Assembly: GCA_018715685.1 (NCBI GenBank)
Contig: DVLC01000121.1
Coordinates: 1 to 60,468 of the forward strand
Length of the DNA stretch: 60,468 nucleotides
From: Candidatus Cryptobacteroides merdipullorum
Lineage (GTDB): Bacteria; Bacteroidota; Bacteroidia; Bacteroidales; UBA932
Direction of reading: 5' to 3'
Shown in pieces: positions 1 through 11,230 of the stretch (position 1 is the first letter of the stretch; every line of letters starts with the position of its first letter). The notes under the pieces are model-generated. The model had not been told where the DNA came from, did not search any database, and saw only the letters and a program-made list of their open reading frames with translations. A program made the translations under genes and the position numbers.

Positions 1-153
1 GACCCTGCGCTCCACAGCCGCCGAAACCCGTTTCGCCACTGTGACCGGATCATTCGATATCCTGAACGGGCCGAAAGCCGCGACAATGAGCGCCACGCCT
101 GCGGCAGCCGCCGCAAGAGCGATCAAATCCCTTATTTTACGACCGATCTTCAC
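1..153 (-). CDS. 5' fragment of a membrane/exported protein running off the window edge
   Basis: GTG at 153-151 overlaps the rlmH TGA (GTGA). Frame is open to base 1: MKIGRKIRDLIALAAAAAGVALIVAAFGPFRISNDPV..., basic N-terminus then hydrophobic helix. Confidence 0.6.
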   Translation of the reverse strand, partial: MKIGRKIRDLIALAAAAAGVALIVAAFGPFRISNDPVTVAKRVSAAVERRV

Positions 154-626
154 TCGTGATGATATGGTTCTCCTCTGATTATGGTAAAGGCGCGGTAGAG
201 CTGCTCTGCAAAAATCGTTCTCACCATCTGATGGGAGAAGGTCATGTCCGAAAGCGAAATTTTCCAGTCCGCTCTGGCGTACACCTCGGGAGAGAAACCG
301 TAGGCACCCCCTACGACAAAGACTATGTCAGAACCGCCGCCGCGGGCCATTCTGTCCTGCAGCCAGGACGCGAACTCCACCGAACGGCATTTCCTGCCAT
401 GCTCATCGAGCAGCACCACATAGTCCGAAGGCCTGAGCTGCCTGAGCAGGAGCTCCCCCTCCTTAGCCTTTATCTGCTCCCTGCCCAGAGACGCGACGTT
501 CTTGAGCTCAGGTATCTCGACAAGCGAGAAAGGCGCATAATGGGCTATCCTCGACACATAGGTGTCAAGTCCCGCCTTCACCCACGCGACGTCCGTCTTA
601 CCGACTGTCAGAAGAGTCATTCGCAT
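150..626 (-). CDS. rlmH: 23S rRNA (pseudouridine-1915-N3)-methyltransferase
   Basis: 158 aa SPOUT protein with FVVGGAYG, SLSDMTFSHQMVR, EQLYRA and C-terminal PYHHE. Confidence 0.96.
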   Translation of the reverse strand: MRMTLLTVGKTDVAWVKAGLDTYVSRIAHYAPFSLVEIPELKNVASLGREQIKAKEGELLLRQLRPSDYVVLLDEHGRKCRSVEFASWLQDRMARGGGSDIVFVVGGAYGFSPEVYARADWKISLSDMTFSHQMVRTIFAEQLYRAFTIIRGEPYHHE

Positions 627-3373
627 TCTTCAGGAACGTATTCGCCGGCCCAGTTCATGACCTCTATGGCGTTCAGCAGCCACTGCACGGTGGACGGAGT
701 ATGTCTCTGCCAGCCGGCGGTCCGGCCCATGAAATACGGGTCGGAGGCAGGTTTCACCAGATCCGGGCCTGTCACCGTCCGGGGCTTCTCAATCTCCGAT
801 ACCGGAGTCCCGTCGCTCTCCTTGTCAGTACGGCCGCGGTCAAGCAGATTCCTCCAGGCGAGCGTCCCGAGTTCCGCGTCATTCTCGGAGTCGCAGACCC
901 ATGCCGCCATTCTGGGGCCGGTCATGCGGCCTCCGTCCACATCCGAAATATCCCTGAACGAATTGTCGGCAAGTTCCCAGAACTCAGGATAGTCGACGGT
1001 GGCGCGTATGTCGGTGAGCAGCTCCGGAGCACCGAACAATGTGCTGAAAGTGTCGCCGCGCACGTTTCCGAGCCTGTAGCCCACTATGCGCTCCAGCCGG
1101 CTGCGGCTCAAGGAAGCGGCGGGCGCGAAATCGGATTCGGGTGCGTCGACCGTACCCCTGTATTCGGGGTCCTCCTTAAGATATACCATGAACCTGCCGG
1201 TCTCGGGATCGAAATAATCGAAGGCCAGACGACCGCTGAGACTTCCGAGAGCCACGATGTCCTTCATCGAGTTCAGCAGCCTGTCCCTGTAGTATTCGTT
1301 TCCGGTCCTCTCCCATTCAAGCATCCAGTTGCCGGCATAGTATGCCCAGTCGTTGAGGCTGCTCCTTATGTAGGTGCCGGAAACCGCGCCCCAGGTGCTG
1401 ACTCTCCTCGCGTAATCATAGGCCTTCTCGGCGCCCAGCTGCTCGGTCATAAGCTCTCCGGTCCGCATGTCTCCTCCCGTAAGATAGTACAGATAGCGCT
1501 TCATTGCCGCGTACTCTATGCGCGGCTGCTTGCATCCGTCTCCCCAGTGCGTGACGTTGTGTCTGGAGCCGAGCGGGGCGAAACGCCCTATGTGATGGAC
1601 GTCGACTTCGCTCGAATGCTTCTCCATGGCCTCCGCCATCGTCCAGATATCCTCGCGCCCGGTCCGGAGGAAGCAAGTCCAAAGCAGCACGTTCGGCGCC
1701 AGCTCTATATTGTTCCACGCCCATCCGCCGATATCATATCTCCAGTCGTGACGGGTGAAGTCATAGTTGTGCATCACGTCGCCGTAGTTCCAGAAGCCGT
1801 ACCATGAGCGGCTGTCGACCTGCTCCTTGTAGTATTCGAGAGTCATGTCCAGCCTGCGTTCGATTTCCGCGCACAGCGGATTGGAGAAGTCAGGCAGGCC
1901 CCAGTAGTCTCCGAACGCCTCGACCTCATGGAAATATTCGGGGGTGCAGCTGAACTGGACGGGTTTCTGCACCGCCCTGGCCACTTCCAGCAGTTCCGCA
2001 TTGTCGGGAACAGCGTCGAAAAGCCTGAGCTCCAGATCCGACCTCCGGCCCACTCCGTAAGGGGACTCCCATCCCTCCTTGTAATCTTCGTAGTTGATCT
2101 TGAGATCGTGTCCGACCGTGTCGTAATGGCGCATGTCCATGGCCTCGGCGCCGGGAGACCAGAGCCACGCCGTCAGGCAGCCCTCGTCCGAACCGGCGTC
2201 ATCGACATACAGGGCGGAAGGATAGCTCTGCCAGAAGTTCCTTATGCCCAGGAACACGCTTCCGGACGAATCGCCGAGCAGGGCGCCGCCGAGAGACCGT
2301 CCGCCGTCGACATAATGGACCCAGGAGCTTTCAGGAGAAGTTCTCTTGGATATCGAATATGAATTCGGATTATTCTGGACGAGACGCATGTCCCCCCAGA
2401 CGGGGCAGGTCTCCAGAGCGGCCCTTTCCGACTCGGAAAGCTCGGAGGCGTCGGGAAGCCGTGCGCCGCGCAGATACTCCTGATAAGAGTCGACGAACAC
2501 TCTTCCGGCACTCGGTCTGTAGCCGGGAGCGAGCCTGACGGGCTGACACCAGAATCCAGCCCCGTCAAGGCCGTCTCCGGCGAACCTCACATGCCTGTTG
2601 TGGACTTCTTCGCGGAAAGGCACATACAGCCTGAAACCCAGGCCCTTGACGAAATCTTCCCTGCCGTCGCTGTCGAATCTGAAAGTGTGAGTGACGGATA
2701 TCGACGGCACTCCCTTGTACATCGTGCAGTACAATGTGAAAGGAAGCCATTCACGATCGCCGCTGACGGACCTGTGCTTCCCGGATATCTTCACAGCCGC
2801 CTGCACGGGCGTATTCCGGCAGAGCCGGACGCTGTCTATGCGGCTTTCAAAATCTTCATAATTCACGGCCCGCTCACCGTCCCTGCACTCCAGCACGGCG
2901 ACAAGCCTGGCCTCAGACACGATTTCCCTGCCGCCGATACGGATGTCGCGGATCACGGACGAGCCTTCGGACGGGAACACGCAGTCAATCACACCCGTAT
3001 TCACTCTGACTCCTCCGTCGGTCATCGTCGCGATGCCGCGCTCGGGATACATCGCAGGCTTTCCTCTGCGGACGCCGACATTGACGGTCAGCCTGTCCTC
3101 ACCGGAGGTCACGGCGGAAAATCCCACCCATTTCAACGAGCCGTCGGGCCAGAAAGCCAGAGTCCTGCTGTCGGAAGGCACCGGAACTCCGGAAGAATCG
3201 GTCACGAGAAAGGTCGAATTCTGCGGGACCTCCCCCTTCTTGAAGGGAATTCCCCAGGAACTTCCCTGAAGCAGCCGGCTCTCCCTGCCTTCAAGATTGC
3301 GCACTTCTATCTGCTCCGCCCTCACTGAAACCGAACTCAGCAGAAGCAGGAAAACAAAAAAAATTCTTTTCAT
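617..3373 (-). CDS. Secreted YetA/PcRGLX-like (exo-rhamnogalacturonan lyase, PL26-like) protein
   Basis: Signal peptide MKRIFFVFLLLLSSVSVRA (start reassigned to 3373). Motifs WPDGSLKW, WYGFWNYGDVMH, WRYDIGGWAWNNIE, GSRHNVTHWG. Confidence 0.75.
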   Translation of the reverse strand: MKRIFFVFLLLLSSVSVRAEQIEVRNLEGRESRLLQGSSWGIPFKKGEVPQNSTFLVTDSSGVPVPSDSRTLAFWPDGSLKWVGFSAVTSGEDRLTVNVGVRRGKPAMYPERGIATMTDGGVRVNTGVIDCVFPSEGSSVIRDIRIGGREIVSEARLVAVLECRDGERAVNYEDFESRIDSVRLCRNTPVQAAVKISGKHRSVSGDREWLPFTLYCTMYKGVPSISVTHTFRFDSDGREDFVKGLGFRLYVPFREEVHNRHVRFAGDGLDGAGFWCQPVRLAPGYRPSAGRVFVDSYQEYLRGARLPDASELSESERAALETCPVWGDMRLVQNNPNSYSISKRTSPESSWVHYVDGGRSLGGALLGDSSGSVFLGIRNFWQSYPSALYVDDAGSDEGCLTAWLWSPGAEAMDMRHYDTVGHDLKINYEDYKEGWESPYGVGRRSDLELRLFDAVPDNAELLEVARAVQKPVQFSCTPEYFHEVEAFGDYWGLPDFSNPLCAEIERRLDMTLEYYKEQVDSRSWYGFWNYGDVMHNYDFTRHDWRYDIGGWAWNNIELAPNVLLWTCFLRTGREDIWTMAEAMEKHSSEVDVHHIGRFAPLGSRHNVTHWGDGCKQPRIEYAAMKRYLYYLTGGDMRTGELMTEQLGAEKAYDYARRVSTWGAVSGTYIRSSLNDWAYYAGNWMLEWERTGNEYYRDRLLNSMKDIVALGSLSGRLAFDYFDPETGRFMVYLKEDPEYRGTVDAPESDFAPAASLSRSRLERIVGYRLGNVRGDTFSTLFGAPELLTDIRATVDYPEFWELADNSFRDISDVDGGRMTGPRMAAWVCDSENDAELGTLAWRNLLDRGRTDKESDGTPVSEIEKPRTVTGPDLVKPASDPYFMGRTAGWQRHTPSTVQWLLNAIEVMNWAGEYVPEECE

Positions 3374-3438
3374 CTGGACATATTTTGCGGTTGTTACAAA
3401 TATAGCCATGTGGCTTGATATTTGCAAAATATGGGGCC

Positions 3439-3840
3439 GTGGTGAACTTCATCAAAATAACCGCGGCTGCATTCCTGCTGCTTTCGTGCCTGAATCTGCC
3501 GGCACAGTCCGAGAGATACGACGTATTCCTCCCCATCAGCAAATACATAGTCAAAGGAGACGCCGAATGCCTGTCCGCCTGGTTCGACGACAATCTGGAG
3601 ATAAGCATCATCAGCGACGGAAGCACGGCCAGCAAGGCCCAGGCAAAGCAGATAGTCAAGGCCTTCTTCTCCTCCCACACGCCCCAGTCCTTCGACATAA
3701 CCCACGCGGCGGAAAAGGCCAATATGAAATACGCCCTCGGCAGTCTGACTGCCGGAGGCGAAAATTTCATGGTCACGATATTCGTGAGCTCCAAAGGGGA
3801 CAGCTACAAGATACAGCAGCTGAAAATCGAGCGCATGTAG
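3439..3840 (+). CDS. DUF4783-type small exported protein
   Basis: Signal peptide plus a ~110 aa domain (KGDAECLSAWFDDNLEI...SKAQAKQIVKAFF). Start codon uncertain (3415/3439/3442). Confidence 0.7.
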   Translation: MVNFIKITAAAFLLLSCLNLPAQSERYDVFLPISKYIVKGDAECLSAWFDDNLEISIISDGSTASKAQAKQIVKAFFSSHTPQSFDITHAAEKANMKYALGSLTAGGENFMVTIFVSSKGDSYKIQQLKIERM

Positions 3841-3843
3841 CGC

Positions 3844-4407
3844 CTATACCCTCTGGCCGTATGAGCGGTCGGTGGTGTTGACCGTGATCCTGTCACCGGT
3901 CTCGATGAACAGAGGAACCATGATCTTGGCCCCGGTCTCGAGAGTGACTTCCTTGAGAGCCGAAGTCGAGGCGGTGTTGCCCTTGACGGCAGGCTCTGAA
4001 TATGTGACTTCGAGGGTCACGTAAGTGGGGAGTTCGCAGGTCAGGCACTTCTCCTCGCCTACCACGAACATCATCTCCACATGCTGGCCTTCCTTCATGA
4101 GGTCCGCGTTCTCCACCACGTCCTTGGGCAGGAGAATCTGCTCGAATGTCTCCTCGTGCATGAAGTTGTAGCCGTCCTCCTCGGCGTAGAGGAACTGATA
4201 GGGACGGCGCTCCACGTCGATGGTCTCGATTTTCGCACCGGCGGTGAAAGTGTTTTCCAGAATACGGCCGTTCTCAAGGTTGCGGAGCTTGGTCTTCACG
4301 AAAGCGGGGCCTTTGCCGGGCTTCACGTGCTGGAACCATACTATCTGACAGGGCTTGTCGTTGTACTTGAGATAAAGACCGTTTTTGAAATCTGCTGTTG
4401 TTGCCAT
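3844..4407 (-). CDS. efp: Elongation factor P
   Basis: 187 aa with HVKPGKGPAFV loop and LETGAKIMVPLFI. Confidence 0.97.
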   Translation of the reverse strand: MATTADFKNGLYLKYNDKPCQIVWFQHVKPGKGPAFVKTKLRNLENGRILENTFTAGAKIETIDVERRPYQFLYAEEDGYNFMHEETFEQILLPKDVVENADLMKEGQHVEMMFVVGEEKCLTCELPTYVTLEVTYSEPAVKGNTASTSALKEVTLETGAKIMVPLFIETGDRITVNTTDRSYGQRV

Positions 4408-4465
4408 AAATATTTATTCTTGAATCATTTCGTTGATATCGTGCAAAAATAGTCAATCGGCGGAA

Positions 4466-5356
4466 CTATTGCAAATTTTCCACCGCCTCCGCCACTTTTT
4501 CGAGCAGCCATTTGGGCGTGGAGGTCGCACCGCAGACGCCCACCCTGTCGCCGTCGCGGAACCATTCGGGCTTCAGATCCGAGGCCGACTGGACATGGAC
4601 GGTCCGTGGATTCTCGTTCCGGCAGAGGTCGAACAGAACTTTCCCGTTGGAGCTCTCCCTTCCGGACACGAAGACTATCACGTCATGTCCGCGCGCGAAC
4701 TCGGCGAGATCCCTGTGCCTGGAGGCCACCTGGCGGCAGATAGTGTCATGCACGACCAGCCTGGCGCCACCGCTCATCCTTTCCCGCAGATAGCAGCAGA
4801 GTTCCGCATACCCGTCGGGATTCATGGTAGTCTGGGAGAAAAGCTCGATGTCCGCGTCCGTGCGAAGCTCCCCCGAATCCACAAGACCGACAGCGTGTTC
4901 GGGGCTCTGGATCACGAGGACATCGCCTCCGGCCTGCCCGACCAGGCCGAGCACCTCCGGATGGCCCTTCTTGCCGAAGATGACTATCCTTCCCCGACCG
5001 GCCAGTGCCGCGTACGCCTCCCTAATGTCCCTCTGGAGCCTGAGCACCACCGGGCAGGTGCAGTCGATTATGCGGTAGCCGAGTTTCTCCGCCATCCCAT
5101 AGACTTCGGGAGGCTCTCCATGGGCCCTTATCAGCAGCGGCTCCCCATCGGTTCGCTCAAGGCCGGGCAGCTGCGAGGACGCCACGGTCACGAGCCCCAT
5201 TGACTCCAGCCTCGCGAGCTCCTCCTCGTTGTGGACTATCGCGCCGAGGGAATACAGTCTGCCGCCGTACTCGGAAAGATGGTCCTCGGCGGCCTTGATG
5301 GCCCTTATCACCCCTCCGCAGAAGCCGGAGGCGGCGTCGATCTCCACCGTCATCAT
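4466..5356 (-). CDS. ispH: 4-hydroxy-3-methylbut-2-enyl diphosphate reductase
   Basis: GFCGGV, IVHN, IRAHG, DCTCPVV, DTICRQV, SSN and GATSTP motifs. ATG overlaps the cmk stop (ATGA). Confidence 0.95.
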   Translation of the reverse strand: MMTVEIDAASGFCGGVIRAIKAAEDHLSEYGGRLYSLGAIVHNEEELARLESMGLVTVASSQLPGLERTDGEPLLIRAHGEPPEVYGMAEKLGYRIIDCTCPVVLRLQRDIREAYAALAGRGRIVIFGKKGHPEVLGLVGQAGGDVLVIQSPEHAVGLVDSGELRTDADIELFSQTTMNPDGYAELCCYLRERMSGGARLVVHDTICRQVASRHRDLAEFARGHDVIVFVSGRESSNGKVLFDLCRNENPRTVHVQSASDLKPEWFRDGDRVGVCGATSTPKWLLEKVAEAVENLQ

Positions 5357-6036
5357 AATATGCCGAACTTGCCCTGAATCAGACCGGTGATCCATGCCAG
5401 CTCTTCTTCGAGAGTCATGTGGGAATTGTCCAGACCGAAGGCGTCAGGGGCCCTGCGCAGGGGCGACGCTTCGCGGTGCGAGTCGATGTAGTCGCGCTGC
5501 CGTATGTTCGCGAGAACCTCCTCATAGACAGGATTGCCACCCTTGTCGGCCATTTCGTCAAAGCGCCTGCGCGCCCTCACTTCGGGGCTCGCGGTCATGA
5601 ATATCTTGAGCTCCGCGTCCGGGAACACCGCCGTGCCTATGTCGCGGCCGTCCATCACGACTCTGCCTCCCGAGGCGAGCCGGTGAAGACAGCCGTCCAC
5701 CCACTCCCGCACATACGGCACGGTCGCGACGGGGCTCACCTGCGAAGAAACCTTCATCGAACGTATCTCCCGCTCGACGCAGCGCTCGCCGACATATGTG
5801 CGGCCGTCCTGCCCGAAACTGACTTCGAGCGACTTCAGAGCCTGTTCCAGCGCGGGGGAGATCTCGTCTTCGGGCGAAATCAGCCCGTTCTCCTGCGCGA
5901 AGAGGGTCACCGCCCTGTAGAGAGCGCCGGAATCGAGGTACAGGAAGCCGAACTTCCTGGCGACGAGTTTCGCGAACGAGCTCTTGCCCGTGGACGAGTA
6001 GCCGTCGACCGCTATGGTTATATCCGGGATGGTCAT
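5353..6036 (-). CDS. cmk: Cytidylate kinase
   Basis: DGYSSTGKSS P-loop, YLDSGALYRA, VMDGRDIGTAVFPDAELK. Confidence 0.96.
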   Translation of the reverse strand: MTIPDITIAVDGYSSTGKSSFAKLVARKFGFLYLDSGALYRAVTLFAQENGLISPEDEISPALEQALKSLEVSFGQDGRTYVGERCVEREIRSMKVSSQVSPVATVPYVREWVDGCLHRLASGGRVVMDGRDIGTAVFPDAELKIFMTASPEVRARRRFDEMADKGGNPVYEEVLANIRQRDYIDSHREASPLRRAPDAFGLDNSHMTLEEELAWITGLIQGKFGIL

Positions 6037-6038
6037 GT

Positions 6039-6824
6039 CTATTCTGTTGCTGTTTTCTGCTTCGCAAGATATTCGGCCTTCGCGCGCTCCACCGAGACGG
6101 AACGCTTGAGGATGAAGCCGGAACCGAGATACTTCGTGCGCACGTCCTCGTCGGATGCGAGCTGGGCGGGCGTCCCCTCCTGAAGAATGGAGCCCTCATA
6201 TAGGAGATACGCCCTGTCGGTGATCGCCAGGGTTTCGCCCACGTTGTGGTCAGTGATTATGACCCCGATGTTGCGGTACTTGAGCTTCGCGATTATGTAC
6301 TGGATATCCTCCACCGCGATGGGGTCCACGCCGGCGAAAGGTTCGTCGAGCAGGATGAACTTCGGGTCGATGGCCAGAGCCCTGGCGATCTCGCAGCGGC
6401 GGCGCTCACCTCCGGAAAGCTGGATTCCGAGCGACTTGCGCACTTTCGAGAGATTGAACTCGTCGATCAGCGACTCCAGCCTCTCGCGCCTCTCGGCCGC
6501 CGGAAGTCCCTTCATCTCCATCACGGACACTATATTGTCCTCGACGGACATCTTGCGGAACACCGAAGCGTCCTGCGGCAGATATCCCACGCCCTTCTGG
6601 GCTCTCCTGTACATCGGAAGATTCGTAATCTCCTCGTCATCGAGGAACACCTTCCCTTCGTTGGGCACTATCTGTCCGGTTATCATGTAGAAGCTCGTGG
6701 TCTTTCCGGCTCCGTTGGGCCCCAGGAATCCGACAATCTCTCCCTGGCTGACTTCCATGGACACCCCTTTCACCACGGTTCTCATTCCGTATTTCTTCAC
6801 AAGATTTTCGCAGCGGAGTTTCAT
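6039..6824 (-). CDS. lptB: LPS export ABC transporter ATP-binding protein
   Basis: [42 protein letters not shown]. Confidence 0.95.
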   Translation of the reverse strand: MKLRCENLVKKYGMRTVVKGVSMEVSQGEIVGFLGPNGAGKTTSFYMITGQIVPNEGKVFLDDEEITNLPMYRRAQKGVGYLPQDASVFRKMSVEDNIVSVMEMKGLPAAERRERLESLIDEFNLSKVRKSLGIQLSGGERRRCEIARALAIDPKFILLDEPFAGVDPIAVEDIQYIIAKLKYRNIGVIITDHNVGETLAITDRAYLLYEGSILQEGTPAQLASDEDVRTKYLGSGFILKRSVSVERAKAEYLAKQKTATE

Positions 6825-6836
6825 ATCTGTCGTCTG

Positions 6837-8639
6837 TTATTTGATGTCCAGAGCCAGGTCTATGACAAGGTTCTTGACTTCTGAATTCTTGCTCATAAGG
6901 TCTTCGGCCTTCTCGGCCGGCATGTATTTCCGCACCTCCGTATCCCCCTCGACAGGCAGGACATAGGGCTGGAGCCTCAGCGCGGCGCATTCCGTAAGTC
7001 TGCAGAACCTCGCTTCAAGGTCGCGCAGCACCTTCTCCTCTATCCATTTCTTCTGGGCCTCGTTGACCACCGAGAATTCTATGAGCCTGCGTCCGTCCAC
7101 GACTCCTGCGTCGAACTTCAGTCTGGAGCTGGAGAGCGCGTTGGAGAGGCGGGGCTGTGAAGCGTACATCGCCGCGAGCTCCTGCCACTTCGATGCAATC
7201 TCGTCGTCGGAGGGAAAGGACGGCCCGGCGGCGGTATCCGGGACAGATTCTGCCGCGGCAGCCGGCACCTCGTCTTCGGTCATCAGAGACTTGAGGGACA
7301 GCGATGCTCCAGATTTCGCGGCCCTGCGCCTTTCAGGAGCGGCGGGACGCGGAGCCGCGCCTTCACCGGAAACGGCGGAAGCGGCGGCCGGTCTTTCTTC
7401 AGGCACCGGAATCTCGGCGGGAGCGGAGGCCGGGGCCACGGGGGCTGCCGGAGCCGAAGTCTCCGCGGGCACGGGCTGCACGGGCGCGGCTGCAGGACGG
7501 ACAGCACCGGATTCTGCGGGAGCGGACGACACGACTGCCGACGGGGCCGTGTTCAGGAAAGCCATCTTCATCAGCGAAAACTCGATATGCAGCCGCTGGT
7601 TCGATGAAGCACGATAGCCGGCTTCGCACTGGGAGCACACGCCGAGAGCGTCATAGAGGAACCTGACGGAACAGCGCCCGGCCTGTTCGGCATATCTGCG
7701 GCGCAGCGAGTCGGGAAGATCCAGCAGCGACTCCAGCCCTCCCGTGCGGCTCACGAGCAGGTCGCGCAGATGCGAACCGAGCGCGGACACGAAGTACAGG
7801 GCGTTGAAGCCCTTGGACAGAATCTCGTCGAAAATCAGCAGCGCTCCGCCGTAGTCTCCGGCAAGGAAGCAGTCGACAAGGCGGAAACAGTACTCGTAGT
7901 CCAGGACATTCAGATTGTGAAGCACGTCCGCATATTTCACCTCCGTACCGCAGAAGGCGACGGTCTGGTCGAAGATTGTCAGCGCGTCGCGCATCGCCCC
8001 GTCGGCCTTGTGGGCTATCACGTGCAGCGACTCGTCGTCGATGACGACACCCTCCTTCTCCGCGATGGCGCGCAGGTTGCGGACAATGTCCGGCACGCTT
8101 ATGCGATTGAAGTCGTATGTCTGGCAGCGGCTCAGGATGGTGGGGAGAATCTTATGCTTCTCGGTGGTCGCCAGGATGAAGATGGCATGTGCGGGCGGTT
8201 CCTCCAGAGTCTTCAGGAAGGCGTTGAAGGCCGCCGCCGAGAGCATGTGGACCTCGTCTATGATATAGACCGAATACTTCCCGGTCTGCGGAGGTATCTG
8301 CACCTGATCCATGAGATTCTTGATGTCGTCGACTCCGTTGTTGGAAGCGGCATCAAGCTCGTGGATGCAATACGAACGACCCTCTCTGAACGATATGCAG
8401 GACTCGCATTCGCCGCAGGGCGTCAGGTCAGGTCCGGGATTCGAGCAGTTGATGGTCTTCGCGAATATTCGCGCCGTACTCGTCTTCCCGACCCCTCTCG
8501 GTCCGCAGAACAGATAGGCGTGGGCCAGCTGTCCGCGAAGTATCGAGTTTTTGAGCGTCTTTGCTATATTGTCCTGACCTATAAGCGATTCGAAAGTCTC
8601 AGGACGATATTTGCGGGCTGATACAACATAATCTGACAT
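6837..8639 (-). CDS. dnaX: DNA polymerase III subunit gamma/tau
   Basis: ARKYRP, GPRGVGKTS, Zn cysteines, ELDAASN, IIDEVHML, TILSRC; Ala/Pro-rich linker. Confidence 0.96.
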   Translation of the reverse strand: MSDYVVSARKYRPETFESLIGQDNIAKTLKNSILRGQLAHAYLFCGPRGVGKTSTARIFAKTINCSNPGPDLTPCGECESCISFREGRSYCIHELDAASNNGVDDIKNLMDQVQIPPQTGKYSVYIIDEVHMLSAAAFNAFLKTLEEPPAHAIFILATTEKHKILPTILSRCQTYDFNRISVPDIVRNLRAIAEKEGVVIDDESLHVIAHKADGAMRDALTIFDQTVAFCGTEVKYADVLHNLNVLDYEYCFRLVDCFLAGDYGGALLIFDEILSKGFNALYFVSALGSHLRDLLVSRTGGLESLLDLPDSLRRRYAEQAGRCSVRFLYDALGVCSQCEAGYRASSNQRLHIEFSLMKMAFLNTAPSAVVSSAPAESGAVRPAAAPVQPVPAETSAPAAPVAPASAPAEIPVPEERPAAASAVSGEGAAPRPAAPERRRAAKSGASLSLKSLMTEDEVPAAAAESVPDTAAGPSFPSDDEIASKWQELAAMYASQPRLSNALSSSRLKFDAGVVDGRRLIEFSVVNEAQKKWIEEKVLRDLEARFCRLTECAALRLQPYVLPVEGDTEVRKYMPAEKAEDLMSKNSEVKNLVIDLALDIK

Positions 8640-8645
8640 AGATTA

Positions 8646-8673
8646 CAAATGTAATGATTAATTCGTAACTTTG
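8646..8673. promoter_or_regulatory. Divergent Bacteroidetes -7 promoter boxes (TAnnTTTG)
   Basis: TACATTTG on minus (8646-8653) and TAACTTTG on plus (8666-8673) within a 38-bp intergenic gap. Confidence 0.7.
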
Positions 8674-8677
8674 GGCT

Positions 8678-9448
8678 ATGAAAGCGCTGTTGACAAAATT
8701 TTTTACAGGACTCGCACTGCTGCTCCTGTGCATCCCGGCCTCCGCGCAGAAGCTCTACACGCGCAAGGCGAAGCTCGAAGACTTCCCCACGAAGACGCTC
8801 AAGGTCGTCGCAGGAGGCACTTCCCTGCTGGAGATATGCATGCGGGATGAGATAGCTTCACGCTGGCGGATCTCCCCGTTCGAATTCTGCACCGCGGAGG
8901 AGTACGAGAAGCTCCGCGAGGACAACGGCTACTACTTCCTGAGGCTCGGAACGGTAGAGGGCATAGCCTTCATGATTCTCACCAAGGGAGGCAGGGAGAA
9001 CGAAAGCGACAATCTGAAAAAGCCCTTCGAAGTCGTCAGAATCCCCATCGCAAGCATAGGCGACCCCAGCGGAAGGGAGCTCATGTACATGGGGGCGTTC
9101 ATCGACATCGTCCAGGCTTTTGCGGAGGAGGCCATGATCTCCGACCAGGCCGCCTATTCCGGACTGTCGTGGTACAACAGCCGCAAGCTCACCGGGATGC
9201 GGGTGCACGTGAACAGCGAAGACGTGGACACGATTTTCCAGGAAGGAACTCCGGGCGCGGTGGTGGGGATAGTCATAGCTCCGACAGCTATCTCGTTCCG
9301 CAGCTACTGCTACAAGATGCTCATCTCGGCCGAGACGCACGAACTCTACTATTACGGACGGACCAAATACAAAGGTTCGAAGGACGCCCTGTTCTCCAAG
9401 GCGGAAATCCGACAATTCGAACGCAGAAATGGAATCATCCCTCTATAG
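8678..9448 (+). CDS. Exported hypothetical protein
   Basis: 256 aa, signal peptide ending ASA, host-like codon usage, promoter box just upstream. Family not recognised. Confidence 0.8.
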   Translation: MKALLTKFFTGLALLLLCIPASAQKLYTRKAKLEDFPTKTLKVVAGGTSLLEICMRDEIASRWRISPFEFCTAEEYEKLREDNGYYFLRLGTVEGIAFMILTKGGRENESDNLKKPFEVVRIPIASIGDPSGRELMYMGAFIDIVQAFAEEAMISDQAAYSGLSWYNSRKLTGMRVHVNSEDVDTIFQEGTPGAVVGIVIAPTAISFRSYCYKMLISAETHELYYYGRTKYKGSKDALFSKAEIRQFERRNGIIPL

Positions 9449-10076
9449 ATATCTCCGGGAGCACAGCAGTCTTCCGTCGGAAGCGCTGCTCTGGACGGAA
9501 CGGCAGACAAACATACGCACGAAATATCCGCAGATGCTCTCAGGGCAGGTCCAGGGCGAGCTGCTGAAGATGCTCGTAGAGATCTCGGCGGCGAAGCGGG
9601 CCCTTGAGATAGGTTCCTTCACCGGCTACTCCGGCACCTGCATAGCGCTCGGACTGCCCGAAGACGGAGTTCTCGACGCCTTCGAGATAAACGACGAACT
9701 TGAAGACCTGATGCGCGAAGGCTGGGAGAGGGCCGGAGTCGCAGGGAAAATCAGACTGCACATCGGAGATGCCGCGCTGCTGCTGTCAGGACAAGGAAAC
9801 GCCGTCGCCGAAGAGCCGTACGATTTCGCGTTCATCGACGCCAACAAGCGCGAATACCTCAAGTATTACGAACTGGTGCTCCCACTGCTGAGGCCGGGAG
9901 GAGTGCTTGTGGCCGACGACGTGCTCTGGGACGGCAAGGTCTACGCCAACCCGGTGCCGCACGACGCCCAGACGGCGGGCCTCGTGGCGTTCAACGACTT
10001 CGTGGCGAAGGACCCCCGTGTGGAAGTAGTAGTGCTGCCGCTTCGAGACGGGCTGTCGATAATCCGGAAGAAATAG
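9429..10076 (+). CDS. Class I SAM-dependent O-methyltransferase (caffeoyl-CoA OMT/TrmR-like)
   Basis: LEIGSFTGYS, FAFIDANK, GGVLVADDVLWDG, LPLRDGL. Confidence 0.9.
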   Translation: MESSLYRYLREHSSLPSEALLWTERQTNIRTKYPQMLSGQVQGELLKMLVEISAAKRALEIGSFTGYSGTCIALGLPEDGVLDAFEINDELEDLMREGWERAGVAGKIRLHIGDAALLLSGQGNAVAEEPYDFAFIDANKREYLKYYELVLPLLRPGGVLVADDVLWDGKVYANPVPHDAQTAGLVAFNDFVAKDPRVEVVVLPLRDGLSIIRKK

Positions 10077-10078
10077 AC

Positions 10079-11224
<1,146 letters not shown>

Positions 11225-11230
11225 CTTGCG

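Noticed and set aside
7200-7560. Ala/Pro-rich segment of DnaX as an insertion or frameshift site
   Set aside because: Variable low-complexity linkers are normal in tau, and no slippery A-run was seen.
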